Assembly (NCBI GenBank): GCA_964547525.1
Contig: CAZJOD010000002.1
Coordinates: forward strand, 2,404-66,403
From: an uncultured Clostridiaceae bacterium
GTDB lineage: Bacteria; Bacillota; Clostridia; JAAYHZ01
Direction: 5' to 3'
DNA length: 64,000 nt
In this document: in pieces, positions 52,356 through 62,879 of the stretch
Position numbering within the stretch: the first letter of the stretch is position 1
How the letters are laid out: each line of letters begins with the position of its first letter
The notes under the pieces: generated by a model
Seen by the model: only the letters and a program-made list of their open reading frames with translations
Database searches by the model: none
Told to the model about the DNA's origin: nothing
Program-made: the position numbers and the translations under genes

Positions 52356-52991
52356 ATGATAAAAAAAGGTTTGTTTATTGTCGTAGAAGGTATAGACGGT
52401 AGCGGTAAGACCACACAAATAAAGAATTTATATGAGTATTTAACATCAAAGGGTATACCTACAACTGTAACCAGAGAACCGGGAGGTACGGTCATAGGTG
52501 AAAAAATACGAGACATAGTTTTGGATAAAGCTCATAAAAATATGGATGCGATTACAGAAATGCTTCTTATTGCGGCGTCCAGAGCACAACATGTGGTGGA
52601 GTTTATAAGTGCAAAGCAAAAGGCGGGTGTTACCGTCATATGTGACAGGTATGTACTGTCTAGTTATGTGTATCAAGGTGTAGCAAGAGGAATAGAGTTG
52701 GAAACAGTAAAAAAGGTAAACGAATACGCCATGAGCGGTGTGATACCGGACATAACTTTCTTTATTAACATAGATAACGAAGAATCGGTTAAAAGAAGAT
52801 CGGAAAGACAAGTAAACGATCGTATAGAAAATGAGGATAACTCGTTCCATATAAAAGTGTGTAACGGATACAGAGAAATGGTCAAGCATTTGGATAATGT
52901 GGAGATAATTGACGGAATGCAAAAAGTTGAAAACGTGACTTTGGATATTGTAACTCATATAAATAAACTTATAAGGAGGCTCGACATATGA
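52356..52991 (+). CDS. tmk: thymidylate kinase
   Basis: FIVVEGIDGSGKTTQ P-loop. DRY motif CDRYVLSSYVYQG. Confidence 0.93.
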   Translation: MIKKGLFIVVEGIDGSGKTTQIKNLYEYLTSKGIPTTVTREPGGTVIGEKIRDIVLDKAHKNMDAITEMLLIAASRAQHVVEFISAKQKAGVTVICDRYVLSSYVYQGVARGIELETVKKVNEYAMSGVIPDITFFINIDNEESVKRRSERQVNDRIENEDNSFHIKVCNGYREMVKHLDNVEIIDGMQKVENVTLDIVTHINKLIRRLDI

Positions 52992-53320
52992 AATTGGTTT
53001 ATGCAATAGTACATGACGAGGATCAAAACGAGGTTATAACTACGTTAAATGAAAAAGGTTTTTCTGTGACAAAATTGTTTTCTACCGGAGGATTTTTACG
53101 TGCCGGAAACACAACAATCATAATCGGTGTTGTGGATGAGAAAGTGGATGAAGTTATAGGTATAGTAAAATCCAAATCTAAAAGCAGAAAGAAAGTCATG
53201 GATACTTCAATGGCACCTGGAGGTGGGTTGAATGGCGTTATGCTGTCTTTTCCGTTGGAAGTCACAGTAGGGGGCGCTACCATATTCGTTTTGGATGTGG
53301 AAAGATATGAAAAGATCTAA
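52988..53320 (+). CDS. darA: cyclic-di-AMP receptor protein DarA/PstA (PII-like, DUF970; B. subtilis YaaQ)
   Basis: MKLVYAIVHDEDQNEVITTLNEKGFSVTKLFSTGGFLRAGNTTIIIGV. 110 aa. Position between tmk and holB. Confidence 0.85.
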   Translation: MKLVYAIVHDEDQNEVITTLNEKGFSVTKLFSTGGFLRAGNTTIIIGVVDEKVDEVIGIVKSKSKSRKKVMDTSMAPGGGLNGVMLSFPLEVTVGGATIFVLDVERYEKI

Positions 53321-54300
53321 TGGCATTTAAAACCTTTACAGGTCAGCATGATATAGTAAGAAGATTGAATCATGCGATATTAAACGGAACCTTGTCACAT
53401 TCATATGTATTCAGCGGACCTGAGGGCATCGGCAAAAGGACATTGGCTGATGCCTTTGTTTCCGAATTGGTATGTACCGCACCTGATGAGAACGGCAAAT
53501 GCGGTCTATGTAACGCATGTCGCATGTATCGTGCCAAAATGCCTGTTGATAACATTTGGTTACAACCTGAAAGTGCTCATATCAGTATCGATGATATCCG
53601 TAAAATTCAAAATGATGTTTTGATTAAACCGCTTTACTCCGATAGAAAAGTGTATGTAATATCCGAAGGAGATAAAATGACTCCGCAAGCCCAAAACTGT
53701 TTACTAAAAATTTTGGAAGAACCACCCGGATACACCGTTTTAATAATATTAGCCGTGGCAGTGGATTCTTTATTGCCTACCGTAATGTCCAGAGTAATAA
53801 ATTATCATTTGGACAAGTATTCTAAAGAGGATCTTTTAAAAATATTAAAGCAAAACAGTATAGAAATTGATCCTAATTACTTAAACACGATTTACGGTTA
53901 CAGTGGGGGTATACCCGGAAAAGCTCTTGAATTGGTTCGGTCGGAGGAATTTACATTATTCAGAAAAGATATGATTAAGTTGATTTTAAGTATAAATAAT
54001 GCTAATATGAATATTGTCGATACGGTTAACTATTTTGACGATAATAAAGAAAATATTCAAACATTGTTTAATATATTGCAACTGTTTTACAGAGATGTAC
54101 CGGTTGTGGCGAGATCCGATTATCAAAATGTGATTAATGCGGATAAAATTAAAGAGGTAGAGGAAATCGGGCGTGATTTAACCTTGAGAAAAACAGTCCG
54201 AAATATACAATGCATTAATGAAACACTGGTTAATATACAACGAAATGCAAATTTCAGGTTAGCCGTTGAAAATATGCTGATAACGTTGACGGAGGTTTGA
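53320..54300 (+). CDS. holB: DNA polymerase III subunit delta'
   Basis: HSYVFSGPEGIGKRTLADAF...C..C..C zinc module. 326 aa. Confidence 0.9.
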   Translation: MAFKTFTGQHDIVRRLNHAILNGTLSHSYVFSGPEGIGKRTLADAFVSELVCTAPDENGKCGLCNACRMYRAKMPVDNIWLQPESAHISIDDIRKIQNDVLIKPLYSDRKVYVISEGDKMTPQAQNCLLKILEEPPGYTVLIILAVAVDSLLPTVMSRVINYHLDKYSKEDLLKILKQNSIEIDPNYLNTIYGYSGGIPGKALELVRSEEFTLFRKDMIKLILSINNANMNIVDTVNYFDDNKENIQTLFNILQLFYRDVPVVARSDYQNVINADKIKEVEEIGRDLTLRKTVRNIQCINETLVNIQRNANFRLAVENMLITLTEV

Positions 54301-54303
54301 TAA

Positions 54304-55194
54304 ATGGCTCAGATTGTAGGCGTCCGGTTTAAGAGAGTAGGTAAGATCTACTATTTTAGTCCTGACGGTTTAGATATAAATAAAGATGACTGTGTAATAG
54401 TGGAAACGGCTCGAGGTGTCGAGTTCGGAACTGCAGTGGTAGGAATCCGGGAAATACCGGAAGAAGAGTTGATATTGCCCCTAAAAAAGGTACTAAGGAT
54501 AGCAACTGTAGAGGATGTGGAAAAATATAATGAAAACGTCGCCAAAGAAAAAGAGGCTTTTAGTGTTTGTGTAGAAAAAATAGCAAAACACAAATTGCAA
54601 ATGAAACTGGTAGACGTAGAATATACTTTTGATAATAATAAGGTATTGTTTTATTTTACTGCAGAAGGTAGAGTTGATTTTCGTGAATTGGTAAAAGATC
54701 TGGCTTCGATTTTCAGAACGAGGATTGAACTTCGCCAAATAGGTGTAAGAGATGAGGCAAAGATGACCGGCAGCATAGGGATATGTGGCAGGATGCTTTG
54801 TTGTAATTCATTCCTGGGGGAATTTCAGCCGGTATCCATAAAAATGGCTAAAGAACAAGGTTTATCTTTGAACCCCGCTAAAATATCCGGTGCGTGTGGA
54901 AGATTGATGTGCTGTTTAAAGTACGAACACGAGGCTTATGAGTATCTGATAGACAAGATGCCCACAATTGGTTCGGAGGTATTGACACCAATCGGCAAGG
55001 GCGAAATCATATCAATGGAGCTTTTAAAAGAGAAGGTTAAGGTTAAGCTGGAGACTAAGGACGGAACATCTACCGAAGTCTATAATGTAGATGATATTAA
55101 AGTCATAAAGTGTGCAAACGCAAGAAAACATCCCATGCCTATTGCGGATGATACCGAAGTCGATATAAACGAATTAAGGAATCTGGAAGATTAA
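54304..55194 (+). CDS. ricT: PSP1-domain protein RicT/YaaT (stage 0 sporulation regulator complex)
   Basis: MAQIVGVRFKRVGKIYYFS...C-terminal Cys-rich GICGRMLCCNSFL...CGRLMCC. 296 aa. Confidence 0.88.
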   Translation: MAQIVGVRFKRVGKIYYFSPDGLDINKDDCVIVETARGVEFGTAVVGIREIPEEELILPLKKVLRIATVEDVEKYNENVAKEKEAFSVCVEKIAKHKLQMKLVDVEYTFDNNKVLFYFTAEGRVDFRELVKDLASIFRTRIELRQIGVRDEAKMTGSIGICGRMLCCNSFLGEFQPVSIKMAKEQGLSLNPAKISGACGRLMCCLKYEHEAYEYLIDKMPTIGSEVLTPIGKGEIISMELLKEKVKVKLETKDGTSTEVYNVDDIKVIKCANARKHPMPIADDTEVDINELRNLED

Positions 55195-55202
55195 TAAATA
55201 AT

Positions 55203-56570
55203 ATGTTAAAAAATATAGATAAAGTTTTTTATCGGACGGTGAGTAATATCGCCGTCCCGATTATTATTCAGAATTTTGTCATGACTACATTGCATATGGT
55301 AGACACGGTAATGATCGGGTCCTTAGGAGAATCTGCAATAGCGTCGGTTGGTATAGCCAACCGACTTGTTTTTGTGTTCTTTTTATGTGTTTTCGGAATG
55401 TATAGCGGTGCTTCAATATTTTTATCTCAATACTGGGGAGTAAAAGATATAAAAAATATAAGAAGAGTCATGGGCATAGAAATAATATTCGGATTTGGTA
55501 TAGGCATTTTGTTTTTTACACTAAGCATGGTTTTTCCCCGTGAAATATTGGGGTTGTTTTCAAATGAGCCTGAAGTTATCGATGACGCAATAAAATATTT
55601 ACATATAGTATCACCCCAATTTTTTATTACTCCGATAGCAAGTGCTTTTGGTTTCAGCTCACGTGCCGTTCATCGTGCCAAATGGCCTATGATGGCATCG
55701 GTAATCGCTTTATGTGTTAACACGTTTTTAAACTATCTTCTGATAGGCGGAAGGTTTGGTGCGCCGGCTTTAGGTATTACCGGTGCGGCTATTGCTACCG
55801 TTATAGCAAGAGTGGTTGAAGTGTTAATATTAGTTTATACGGTATACGGTAGGAAATTCGACCATCCTTTAGCCGCTTCTTTTAAGGAACTCTCGGACTG
55901 GGATTTTAAAATGGTAAAGACCGTGTTGAAAACGTCTTATCCTGTTATTATAAATGAATCAATGTGGGCTGTAGGAACTACGGTTTATTATATAGCATAT
56001 GGAAGACTTGGTACCGAATCGATTGCCGTTGTCCAGATTGCATATGTTATTGGAGATATGTTTCAGGCGTTGTTTATGGGTATCGGGTATGCAGCCGGTG
56101 TCGTGGTCGGTAATGAGATAGGCCGGGAGGAGTATCCTTCGGCTTATCGATATGCAAAAAAACTTTTAATAATGGCAGTGCTATTTACTCTGGCGGTTGT
56201 CTTTATTCCCATATCAGTTAGCAATAATATTGTAAATATATATAATGTGAAGCCTGAAACAAGAGACTTGCTAAGAAATGCAATAATTGTAATAGTTGCT
56301 TTTCTTCCAATAAAAGCATATAATTTTACATTGATTGTGGGTATACTGCGAAACGGGGGAGACACAAGATTTTGTATGCTCCTAGAATGTATAAGCATTT
56401 TTGCCGTTGGAGTACCTTTAGCATTTATAAGTGTTTCATTGCTTGGTTTAAACATAGTTGGGGCTCTATTCGCGGTTCAAACGGAAGAGCTTTTTAAAGC
56501 GTCATTCGTGTCTTTTAGGTTTAAATCAAAAAAATGGATAAACAATGTGATTAATGTACAACAAACATGA
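55203..56570 (+). CDS. MATE-family efflux transporter
   Basis: 12-TM pattern. 455 aa. The typical MATE N-terminus ...PIIIQNFVMTTLHMVDTVMIGSLGE. Confidence 0.85.
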   Translation: MLKNIDKVFYRTVSNIAVPIIIQNFVMTTLHMVDTVMIGSLGESAIASVGIANRLVFVFFLCVFGMYSGASIFLSQYWGVKDIKNIRRVMGIEIIFGFGIGILFFTLSMVFPREILGLFSNEPEVIDDAIKYLHIVSPQFFITPIASAFGFSSRAVHRAKWPMMASVIALCVNTFLNYLLIGGRFGAPALGITGAAIATVIARVVEVLILVYTVYGRKFDHPLAASFKELSDWDFKMVKTVLKTSYPVIINESMWAVGTTVYYIAYGRLGTESIAVVQIAYVIGDMFQALFMGIGYAAGVVVGNEIGREEYPSAYRYAKKLLIMAVLFTLAVVFIPISVSNNIVNIYNVKPETRDLLRNAIIVIVAFLPIKAYNFTLIVGILRNGGDTRFCMLLECISIFAVGVPLAFISVSLLGLNIVGALFAVQTEELFKASFVSFRFKSKKWINNVINVQQT

Positions 56571-56682
56571 TATAAAAATAAGAATCTACATAAGAACATT
56601 GTAACATATAAAAAATGAAAATTTATAAAAACGCTTGCTTATTACACTTAGTAACAAAGTAAATGGTTATGTACTGAAAGAT

Positions 56683-57648
56683 CTAATGTACTGCAAACAA
56701 AACTTGTGACAAGAATATAACTCCGGATAGTGTAATGGTACAAGTAAGTGTTGAAACCAATACCGCCTGAGATGCAAAATCGGGATGGTTATCATATTCT
56801 ACGGCTATTAAAGCTGTATTAACCGCAGTGGGAACAGAAGCTGAAATTAAGACCGATCGAGCGATTATACCGTCTAAAGAGAAAAGAATAATAGCGCAGA
56901 TGGCAAAAACGGGTCCTATTACCAATCGAATGAATACTGATAATAATACTCCGCGTTTTATCGATTTAAATTTTGTTTTTGATATTTGTATACCTAATAT
57001 TATCAAAGCTATTGGGACAAGTGCATTTCTTATATACACCAAAGCCGGCCAGAATGGCATTACAGTCAAATCAACAGGTACAAATTTTAAAAGAAATGCC
57101 GAGGGTATTGCATATATGGCCGGCATTTTTAATATTCTGCCAAACGATTCGCGCCAATGTAGATTAGCACGTCCGGCATTATAAAAGCCCAAAGTGTTTG
57201 TTGTGATGTTTTGAACTACCAATACCATTATCTGAGATGTCAAAGCTATATTTAGATATGGGGTTAGTCCGTCTACTATAAAAGGAGGGCTGCTAAAAAT
57301 AAGGGTTATAAGAGGTATACCGATATTGCCACTATTATAGAACATAACCGAATTAATGAATGCGTTTTTCATACCGGCATCATATCGTTTGAACGATGCC
57401 AATACATAAGCAACGGTATAATTCAAAATCATAATCATTATAGTGGCTCCTAACACTTTTAGCATATCAAGCGGTATATCGGTGGTGTAAAGATATACGA
57501 ATGTAAATGTAGGAACCAATACATAGAAATTAATTTTTGTCAACGTCCCTATATCCATAAAGAATTTTTTTGCAAGTAAAAACCCTAATCCCACCAAAAA
57601 AAATATAGGTAAAATATTATTTGTAAATATATTCAGCATGATTCTCAT
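56683..57648 (-). CDS. AEC-family (auxin efflux carrier / malate permease-like) transporter
   Basis: Start MRIMLNIFTNNILPIFF preceded by AAGGGCGG Shine-Dalgarno. Two 5-TM repeats. 321 aa. Confidence 0.75.
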   Translation of the reverse strand: MRIMLNIFTNNILPIFFLVGLGFLLAKKFFMDIGTLTKINFYVLVPTFTFVYLYTTDIPLDMLKVLGATIMIMILNYTVAYVLASFKRYDAGMKNAFINSVMFYNSGNIGIPLITLIFSSPPFIVDGLTPYLNIALTSQIMVLVVQNITTNTLGFYNAGRANLHWRESFGRILKMPAIYAIPSAFLLKFVPVDLTVMPFWPALVYIRNALVPIALIILGIQISKTKFKSIKRGVLLSVFIRLVIGPVFAICAIILFSLDGIIARSVLISASVPTAVNTALIAVEYDNHPDFASQAVLVSTLTCTITLSGVIFLSQVLFAVH

Positions 57649-57761
57649 TAATAATTCCGCCCTTATTTTAAATAATTGCAATATATATTATAAGAAAGCG
57701 AAACATAATGCAAGTAATACGGAATATTGTTCATTATTTCATTTATTACGTTTATTACCTA

Positions 57762-59045
57762 TTATGAAAAAACCTTATAAACATTGTATAACGATTCAAG
57801 AACCAACCAGTTTTGTGGAAAGTACCGCATAATGGTCCAATAGCTTACACCGGCGAGACCGTATTGGTTAACTGTCAATAGTTTCGCCTGGATACTTCTT
57901 GCATCTTCAAACCAAACGATATGTTGTCTACCCTGTACGTCATAATAATTATAAAACGGAGACTGAGCTGTCATATCGTATTGTATCGCTGTTTGTACTT
58001 CAATGGCCTGTTGAACCGCAGCTACATTTGACAGGCTTCGGGCGGCCGTTCCCGGTACATACGGAAGTGTCCAGTCATAACCGTAGTTGGGTATACCCAT
58101 AAGTATTTTGTCTCTAGGTATCGCCGTGACAGCGTAATCCAGTACTCGTCGCACCTGATTAATCGGTGCTACCGGTAGTGGAGGCCCGAAGGTGTATCCC
58201 CACTCGTAAGTCATTAAAATAACATGATCGGTAAGTCTGCCATGCACCGGATAATCATGAGCCTCATACAACAAACCGGGTTGATCCGCACTAATCTTAG
58301 GTGCAAGTGCAGTGGTGATTTGGTATCCTATGGGCCTTAATCTTTCTACCACTAGCCGTAAAAATGTATTATATGCCTCTCTATCTTCAGGGTATACATA
58401 TTCAAAATCTATGTCCAGACCATAATAATTTCTTTCATTGAGTTTAATTGCAATATTTTCAATAAGACGATTTCTTATAACGGGATTTGTGAGTACAGCC
58501 CGGGCAAGATCACTACTGAAACCCGCACCCGGCAAAAGATTCGTGACCACCATCAATGGTGCTACTCCCGCTCGATATGCTTCAAGGATTAAAGGTCTGT
58601 CGTTAATATCCCTTAATGTACCTTCCGCGGTAACCTCATGACTGAATATGCTTAGATATGTTAAATGAGGCAATGTCTTATTTAAAACATTCCTGTCAAT
58701 GTTTGTAAAAGCATATCCATTTACTTCGATTGTCCCAAGGCGCCCAATCACATCCGGTATTATGAGGATCTGACCGGGAAAAATCAAAGCCGGATCGGTA
58801 ATTTCCGGATTGGCATTTACAATGGCATTGACTGTTACCCCGTAAATTCCCGCGATAATAAACAAGGACTGACCCGGTAAAACCGTGTGCCTTACAGCTC
58901 CTTCTTTTACTATAATTGTCTGTCCCACAACCAGTCTATCGGGTTGTGTCAACTCATTATCCGCAATAATACTTTGCGGGCTGACACCATATTGCCTTGC
59001 AATCAAAAATATTGAATCTCCGGGTCTCACTACATGAATAATCAT
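57762..59045 (-). CDS. sleL: spore cortex-lytic N-acetylglucosaminidase SleL/YaaH-like (2 x LysM plus GH18)
   Basis: Two LysM repeats (HVVRPGDSIFLIARQYGV; HTVLPGQSLFIIAGIYGV). GH18 motif YYGLDIDFEY. 427 aa. Possible sigma-E-like promoter upstream. Confidence 0.85.
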   Translation of the reverse strand: MIIHVVRPGDSIFLIARQYGVSPQSIIADNELTQPDRLVVGQTIIVKEGAVRHTVLPGQSLFIIAGIYGVTVNAIVNANPEITDPALIFPGQILIIPDVIGRLGTIEVNGYAFTNIDRNVLNKTLPHLTYLSIFSHEVTAEGTLRDINDRPLILEAYRAGVAPLMVVTNLLPGAGFSSDLARAVLTNPVIRNRLIENIAIKLNERNYYGLDIDFEYVYPEDREAYNTFLRLVVERLRPIGYQITTALAPKISADQPGLLYEAHDYPVHGRLTDHVILMTYEWGYTFGPPLPVAPINQVRRVLDYAVTAIPRDKILMGIPNYGYDWTLPYVPGTAARSLSNVAAVQQAIEVQTAIQYDMTAQSPFYNYYDVQGRQHIVWFEDARSIQAKLLTVNQYGLAGVSYWTIMRYFPQNWLVLESLYNVYKVFS

Positions 59046-59333
59046 AAAAAAACCGTACCATTAATGATCTATATATCATAATATGCAAAGTGTTATAAGA
59101 CAGTTCACAGTATATAAAAATATTTTTAGAAATTAAGAACATAAAAACATTATAAAATGTATTAAAAAAGATGTGTAATAAAACACTTACTTTCATTATC
59201 CGGTACATTATTTTTATCATTTGTTTTGATATAAGCTTTATTAACAATTAAATTATTTCATATTAAACTGGACATAAGGCTATTTTAAATATGTTAATAA
59301 AGTTGTCATTAAAAATAAAAGGAGTGAATTCGT

Positions 59334-60193
59334 ATGCTTAACCGGGCTTTGGTGGGATGTGGGGATATCTCCAATAAACGTGTTGCACCGGCGATTATGG
59401 CACAAAAGAACAGTAAACTATGTGCTGCGGTTAGTCCCTATGAATTGGAGTTGGACGAATTTATTAAGAAACACGGCATTAAAGACGGATATACCGTGCT
59501 TGATCAAATGTTGGAAAGAAATGATATACACGCTGTTTATATTGCGACACCCATATTTTTACACTATGAATCATAAAATATGAATTGAACATAATAGGAC
59601 CTACATTGGCTGAATATCGCAAATGTTATGATGAATCGTGTAGCATTTAAAAGGAAGCTTATGATAAACAAAATCCCCCTTGGCGTGTGGTTTCCCGTAT
59701 TGCAGGGGGAGGAAAATTTTTGGATTTGTCATCTCATACATTGGATATTTTTGATTATTTATTTGGCCCTGTAACAAAAGCCGCAGGAAATGCTATAAAC
59801 CAAGCAGGATTATATGAAGCCGAAGATATGGTTTGTGCAAATCTGGTATTTGGAAATAATATACCGGCAACAGGAACATGGTGTTTTTTGGCTTTTTCGG
59901 ATATGGATAGAAATGAAATCGTCGGGAGTAAAGGAAAAATTACTTTTTCAACATTCGGTACCGACCCTATAATGCTTTATACAGACAATGAAATACAAGA
60001 ATTGTCGTTTGAAAATCCCGTGCATATACAAATGCCCATGATAGAAAGTATTGTAAGACAATTGAACGGACAGGGTGCCTGCCCGAGCACAGGAGAAAGC
60101 GGTGCCCGCACAAGCCGTGTTATGGATTATATTATAAAAGAATTTTACAGTTCATGTTCATATGTTGAATCGGATATAATCGTGATTAAATAA
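59334..60193 (+). pseudogene. Gfo/Idh/MocA-family oxidoreductase, disrupted (internal deletion, frameshift and in-frame stop)
   Basis: Intact Shine-Dalgarno and NAD-binding N-terminus (ALVGCGDIS...HAVYIATP) terminate at 59576. A 22-codon remnant (ELNIIGPTLAEYRK...) sits in another frame. A stop follows, then the C-terminal domain (RIAGGGKFLDLSSHTLDIFDYLFGPV...) from 59687. Confidence 0.75.
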
Positions 60194-60361
60194 GCTAACA
60201 TAAGTAATTTTTATATTCACTATATGTGTGACCGTAGGCGCGCTGAGTCCTGTTTCTTTGGATATTTCATATTTTGACAAAGGAGCGTTTTGTTTTAAAT
60301 GCTCCAATATAAGGGAAGAATTTATCTCCCTAATAAGATTTAAGCTACCTTTGGATTTCAT
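60158..60361 (-). pseudogene. truncated ROK-family transcriptional repressor (HTH N-terminus only, 67 codons)
   Basis: LIREINSSLILEHLKQNAPLSKYEISKETGLSAPTVTHIV is the NagC/XylR-type HTH. The frame terminates before any sugar-kinase-like domain. Confidence 0.6.
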
Positions 60362-60449
60362 AAATGCATTATATCCTAAAAGTCTACTACAATGTACTGA
60401 TTAATTATATTTTAAAAAGTAACTACATTGTACGAGTCTTTCGTAATAT

Positions 60450-60471
60450 TGTCAATTTAACGCTATTGACA
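60450..60471. promoter_or_regulatory. 7-bp-arm palindrome TGTCAAT-n8-ATTGACA (candidate operator) in the divergent region between the ROK remnant and the C45 gene
   Basis: Perfect inverted repeat. Positioned between -35 and -10-like elements of the 60563 gene. Confidence 0.35.
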
Positions 60472-60562
60472 GACATCTTTTTAGAATGTAGTATGAAAGA
60501 AAGTACATTTTTAATACTATTTATAAAGTAATTTTCAAAAATAATTATTTTGAGGTAGGAGA

Positions 60563-61615
60563 GTGAATATGATTACGATAAAGACAAAAGGCACTCCTTT
60601 TCAAAGAGGAAAAATGCAAGGCGAGGTGATGAAACAGCATGTTCGTCCTTGGATTGAACGCATTTTGAGTAATGGGAAAGACTCTTTGGACAATGGACGA
60701 ATTACATACGAAGCGGATTTAATAAGACATCAACTTGAGAAAAATTACGTTTCAGGATACGAAGAATGCTGTGGAATCGCATCCGGGATAGGAATCGACG
60801 AGATATCATATTTTAGCGGATTATATTGCAATTTTATGCTTCCTGCAGATAAAAAATGTACTACAATGGGCTTTAAAACGGTGAATGACGAACCGATCAT
60901 AGGAAAAACCGATGATATATATATCAATGAGCTTGGAAATAATATTATGGAGATAACATTGCCTAGTGAAGGATTTCGTCATATACACTTTCATTTCGCC
61001 GGAACCATATGGACTGTGGCTGGAATGAATGAATGTGGCTTGGCTATGGCCATGACCGGTATTGCAGGACCTTCGGAATCTAATTTACAAGGGATTTTTT
61101 CTTTGGATGCACTGCATAGTCTTTTACCTGCGTGTAAAACAGTAGTTGAAGCAGTGGAGCATGTCAATAATATGCGTTTAAATTCAGGTGGATTTAGCTT
61201 GCTGCTGGGGGATTCGACCGGAAGAATGAAATTGCTGGAAAAAACCTCTGCGGGCACTACTGAGATTTCTACCAACAAACAAGGATTATATTTACATACA
61301 AATCACATATTAGATTATACTTTTGCAAGTGTAAATCCCCCTCAGGCCGAACCACTTCTGACCAACGGAACCAAAAGGTATGAAAATGCATTAAAAATAA
61401 TGCAAGATATACCTTACACAGAACAAGGAATGGTACGTTTTTTGAGTGACCGAAATAAATCCGGAGCAATTATGCAACAAGGAGAAGACGGTTTATTCAT
61501 GGATTTTAGCGTAATATTTTTGCCGGCACAAAAGAAAATAACTGTAACCGCAGGATATCCTGCTTATGATCAAATGTTCTCAATTTTTACAAACGATATT
61601 TTAAAAGACGAATAG
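60563..61615 (+). CDS. peptidase C45-family (acyl-CoA:6-aminopenicillanic-acid acyltransferase-like, Ntn-hydrolase) protein
   Basis: 350 aa. GGTAGGAGAG Shine-Dalgarno. K-CTT at residue ~99, reminiscent of the G/CTT autoprocessing site. FAGTIWTVAGMNECGLAMAMTG. Confidence 0.45.
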   Translation: MNMITIKTKGTPFQRGKMQGEVMKQHVRPWIERILSNGKDSLDNGRITYEADLIRHQLEKNYVSGYEECCGIASGIGIDEISYFSGLYCNFMLPADKKCTTMGFKTVNDEPIIGKTDDIYINELGNNIMEITLPSEGFRHIHFHFAGTIWTVAGMNECGLAMAMTGIAGPSESNLQGIFSLDALHSLLPACKTVVEAVEHVNNMRLNSGGFSLLLGDSTGRMKLLEKTSAGTTEISTNKQGLYLHTNHILDYTFASVNPPQAEPLLTNGTKRYENALKIMQDIPYTEQGMVRFLSDRNKSGAIMQQGEDGLFMDFSVIFLPAQKKITVTAGYPAYDQMFSIFTNDILKDE

Positions 61616-61623
61616 ATTACAAT

Positions 61624-62097
61624 ATGGCACCTTCTTGTCGGAAAAATATATGCCAGTGGCAAGAATATAGGGTTCCTGTGTATTTTCATACCGGTACAAT
61701 GATTATGGCTGAACCTTTTCAATTAAGAGAACTCGCCGGAGAGTTTCCAAATGTCAACTTTATTATGGGACACTCCGGTAATACGGATTTTTGACGGATG
61801 CGGTATTAGCCGCACAAGCGCAAAAAAATATTTACCTTGACACTGAACAATGTATTCGATATAATTTGCCCATGATCTTCCATGATGGAACTCCTCCTTA
61901 TTCCTCAACGTATTGAGGCAATTGCAGAGAAATGGACTTTTGAAGATTTAATACCCGGAATGAGTGATTTTGATACCAGATTTGTTTGTTCGAATGATAT
62001 GACTTTGGATGATTGGTGCAGAATGTCTACCGCTGTAGGGCAGGTTCATTTGGATCTTTCAAATGGGCACGTAATTTGGAACATCTTCCCGGTATAA
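61624..62097 (+). pseudogene. amidohydrolase-2 (PF04909-like TIM-barrel hydrolase) remnant, N-terminally truncated with at least 2 frameshifts
   Basis: ...EYRVPVYFHTGTMIMAEPFQLRELAGEFPNVNFIMGHSGNTDF* then a +1 shift to TDAVLAAQAQKNIYLDTEQCIRYNLPMIFHDGTPP... then a third frame. Confidence 0.65.
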
Positions 62098-62240
62098 ATT
62101 TAACATGGGAGGAGTTGGGAGATGATTTTACGTATTACCCGGAATACCGGTAATGGAGCTTTTATTTATGTAGCAACACAAAACAGCTTGAGAAAACGCT
62201 TGACATTATTAATAAAAGGCCTTGGGATATACGCGATGAA

Positions 62241-62879
62241 ATGTTTCACTTAAAAAAATTCCTTACATATTATGGTCCTTATATTAAAGAAATTGATCCT
62301 GCCATCAATTTGGGTGTGTATGAAAATAAATATCCATTGCACAGTCGTATGATGCATTATTTTACTCCTCCTGTCCAATCCACCTTATCTATCATTTTTG
62401 GGAGAACGATAACAGGCAAAATGGAGACAATTCGACTGGCTAGAGAGTTTTTCCCTTCAATTTCGGTATTTGATGAAATATTAGATACGATTGATAAGCA
62501 TTATGAAATACCTTCCTTATGTTCGGAATCCGGTTTGACCGGACTGGAAGACAGACTTTATCATACGCTTCAATCGGTCAAGGATGCGATGGCACAGCAT
62601 ATTACCATTATTCCGGAACAACACAAAAACGATATAAGGTTGTGGAAAAAAGATATTGCAGATATACCCGTCGCTCCACAATCAGTTATATTTGATAGCA
62701 GCCGTTTTTGCAGACTGATGAAAGGTCGTTTAATCTTTTATGCAAATGTTCCCGACCATTTTGATAATATATGGTTAATTCAAAATGAATTAAAACGCAT
62801 CGGAAGCATGTTTTACAAAACTCCATTCAAATATTCGATAACTGTCTTACACTTTGTATCATTTTACTCAATCCTATAA
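62241..62879 (+). CDS. hypothetical protein (212 aa from the first ATG; the frame is open about 100 nt further upstream without a start, so it may be a 5'-damaged gene)
   Basis: No Shine-Dalgarno before the ATG. In-frame upstream translation (..TKQLEKTLDIINKRPWDIRDEM) looks coding. Confidence 0.4.
   Translation: MFHLKKFLTYYGPYIKEIDPAINLGVYENKYPLHSRMMHYFTPPVQSTLSIIFGRTITGKMETIRLAREFFPSISVFDEILDTIDKHYEIPSLCSESGLTGLEDRLYHTLQSVKDAMAQHITIIPEQHKNDIRLWKKDIADIPVAPQSVIFDSSRFCRLMKGRLIFYANVPDHFDNIWLIQNELKRIGSMFYKTPFKYSITVLHFVSFYSIL

Noticed and set aside
52446-53006. 186-aa minus-strand ORF antisense to tmk
   Set aside because: Shadow ORF of tmk/darA. Implausible composition.
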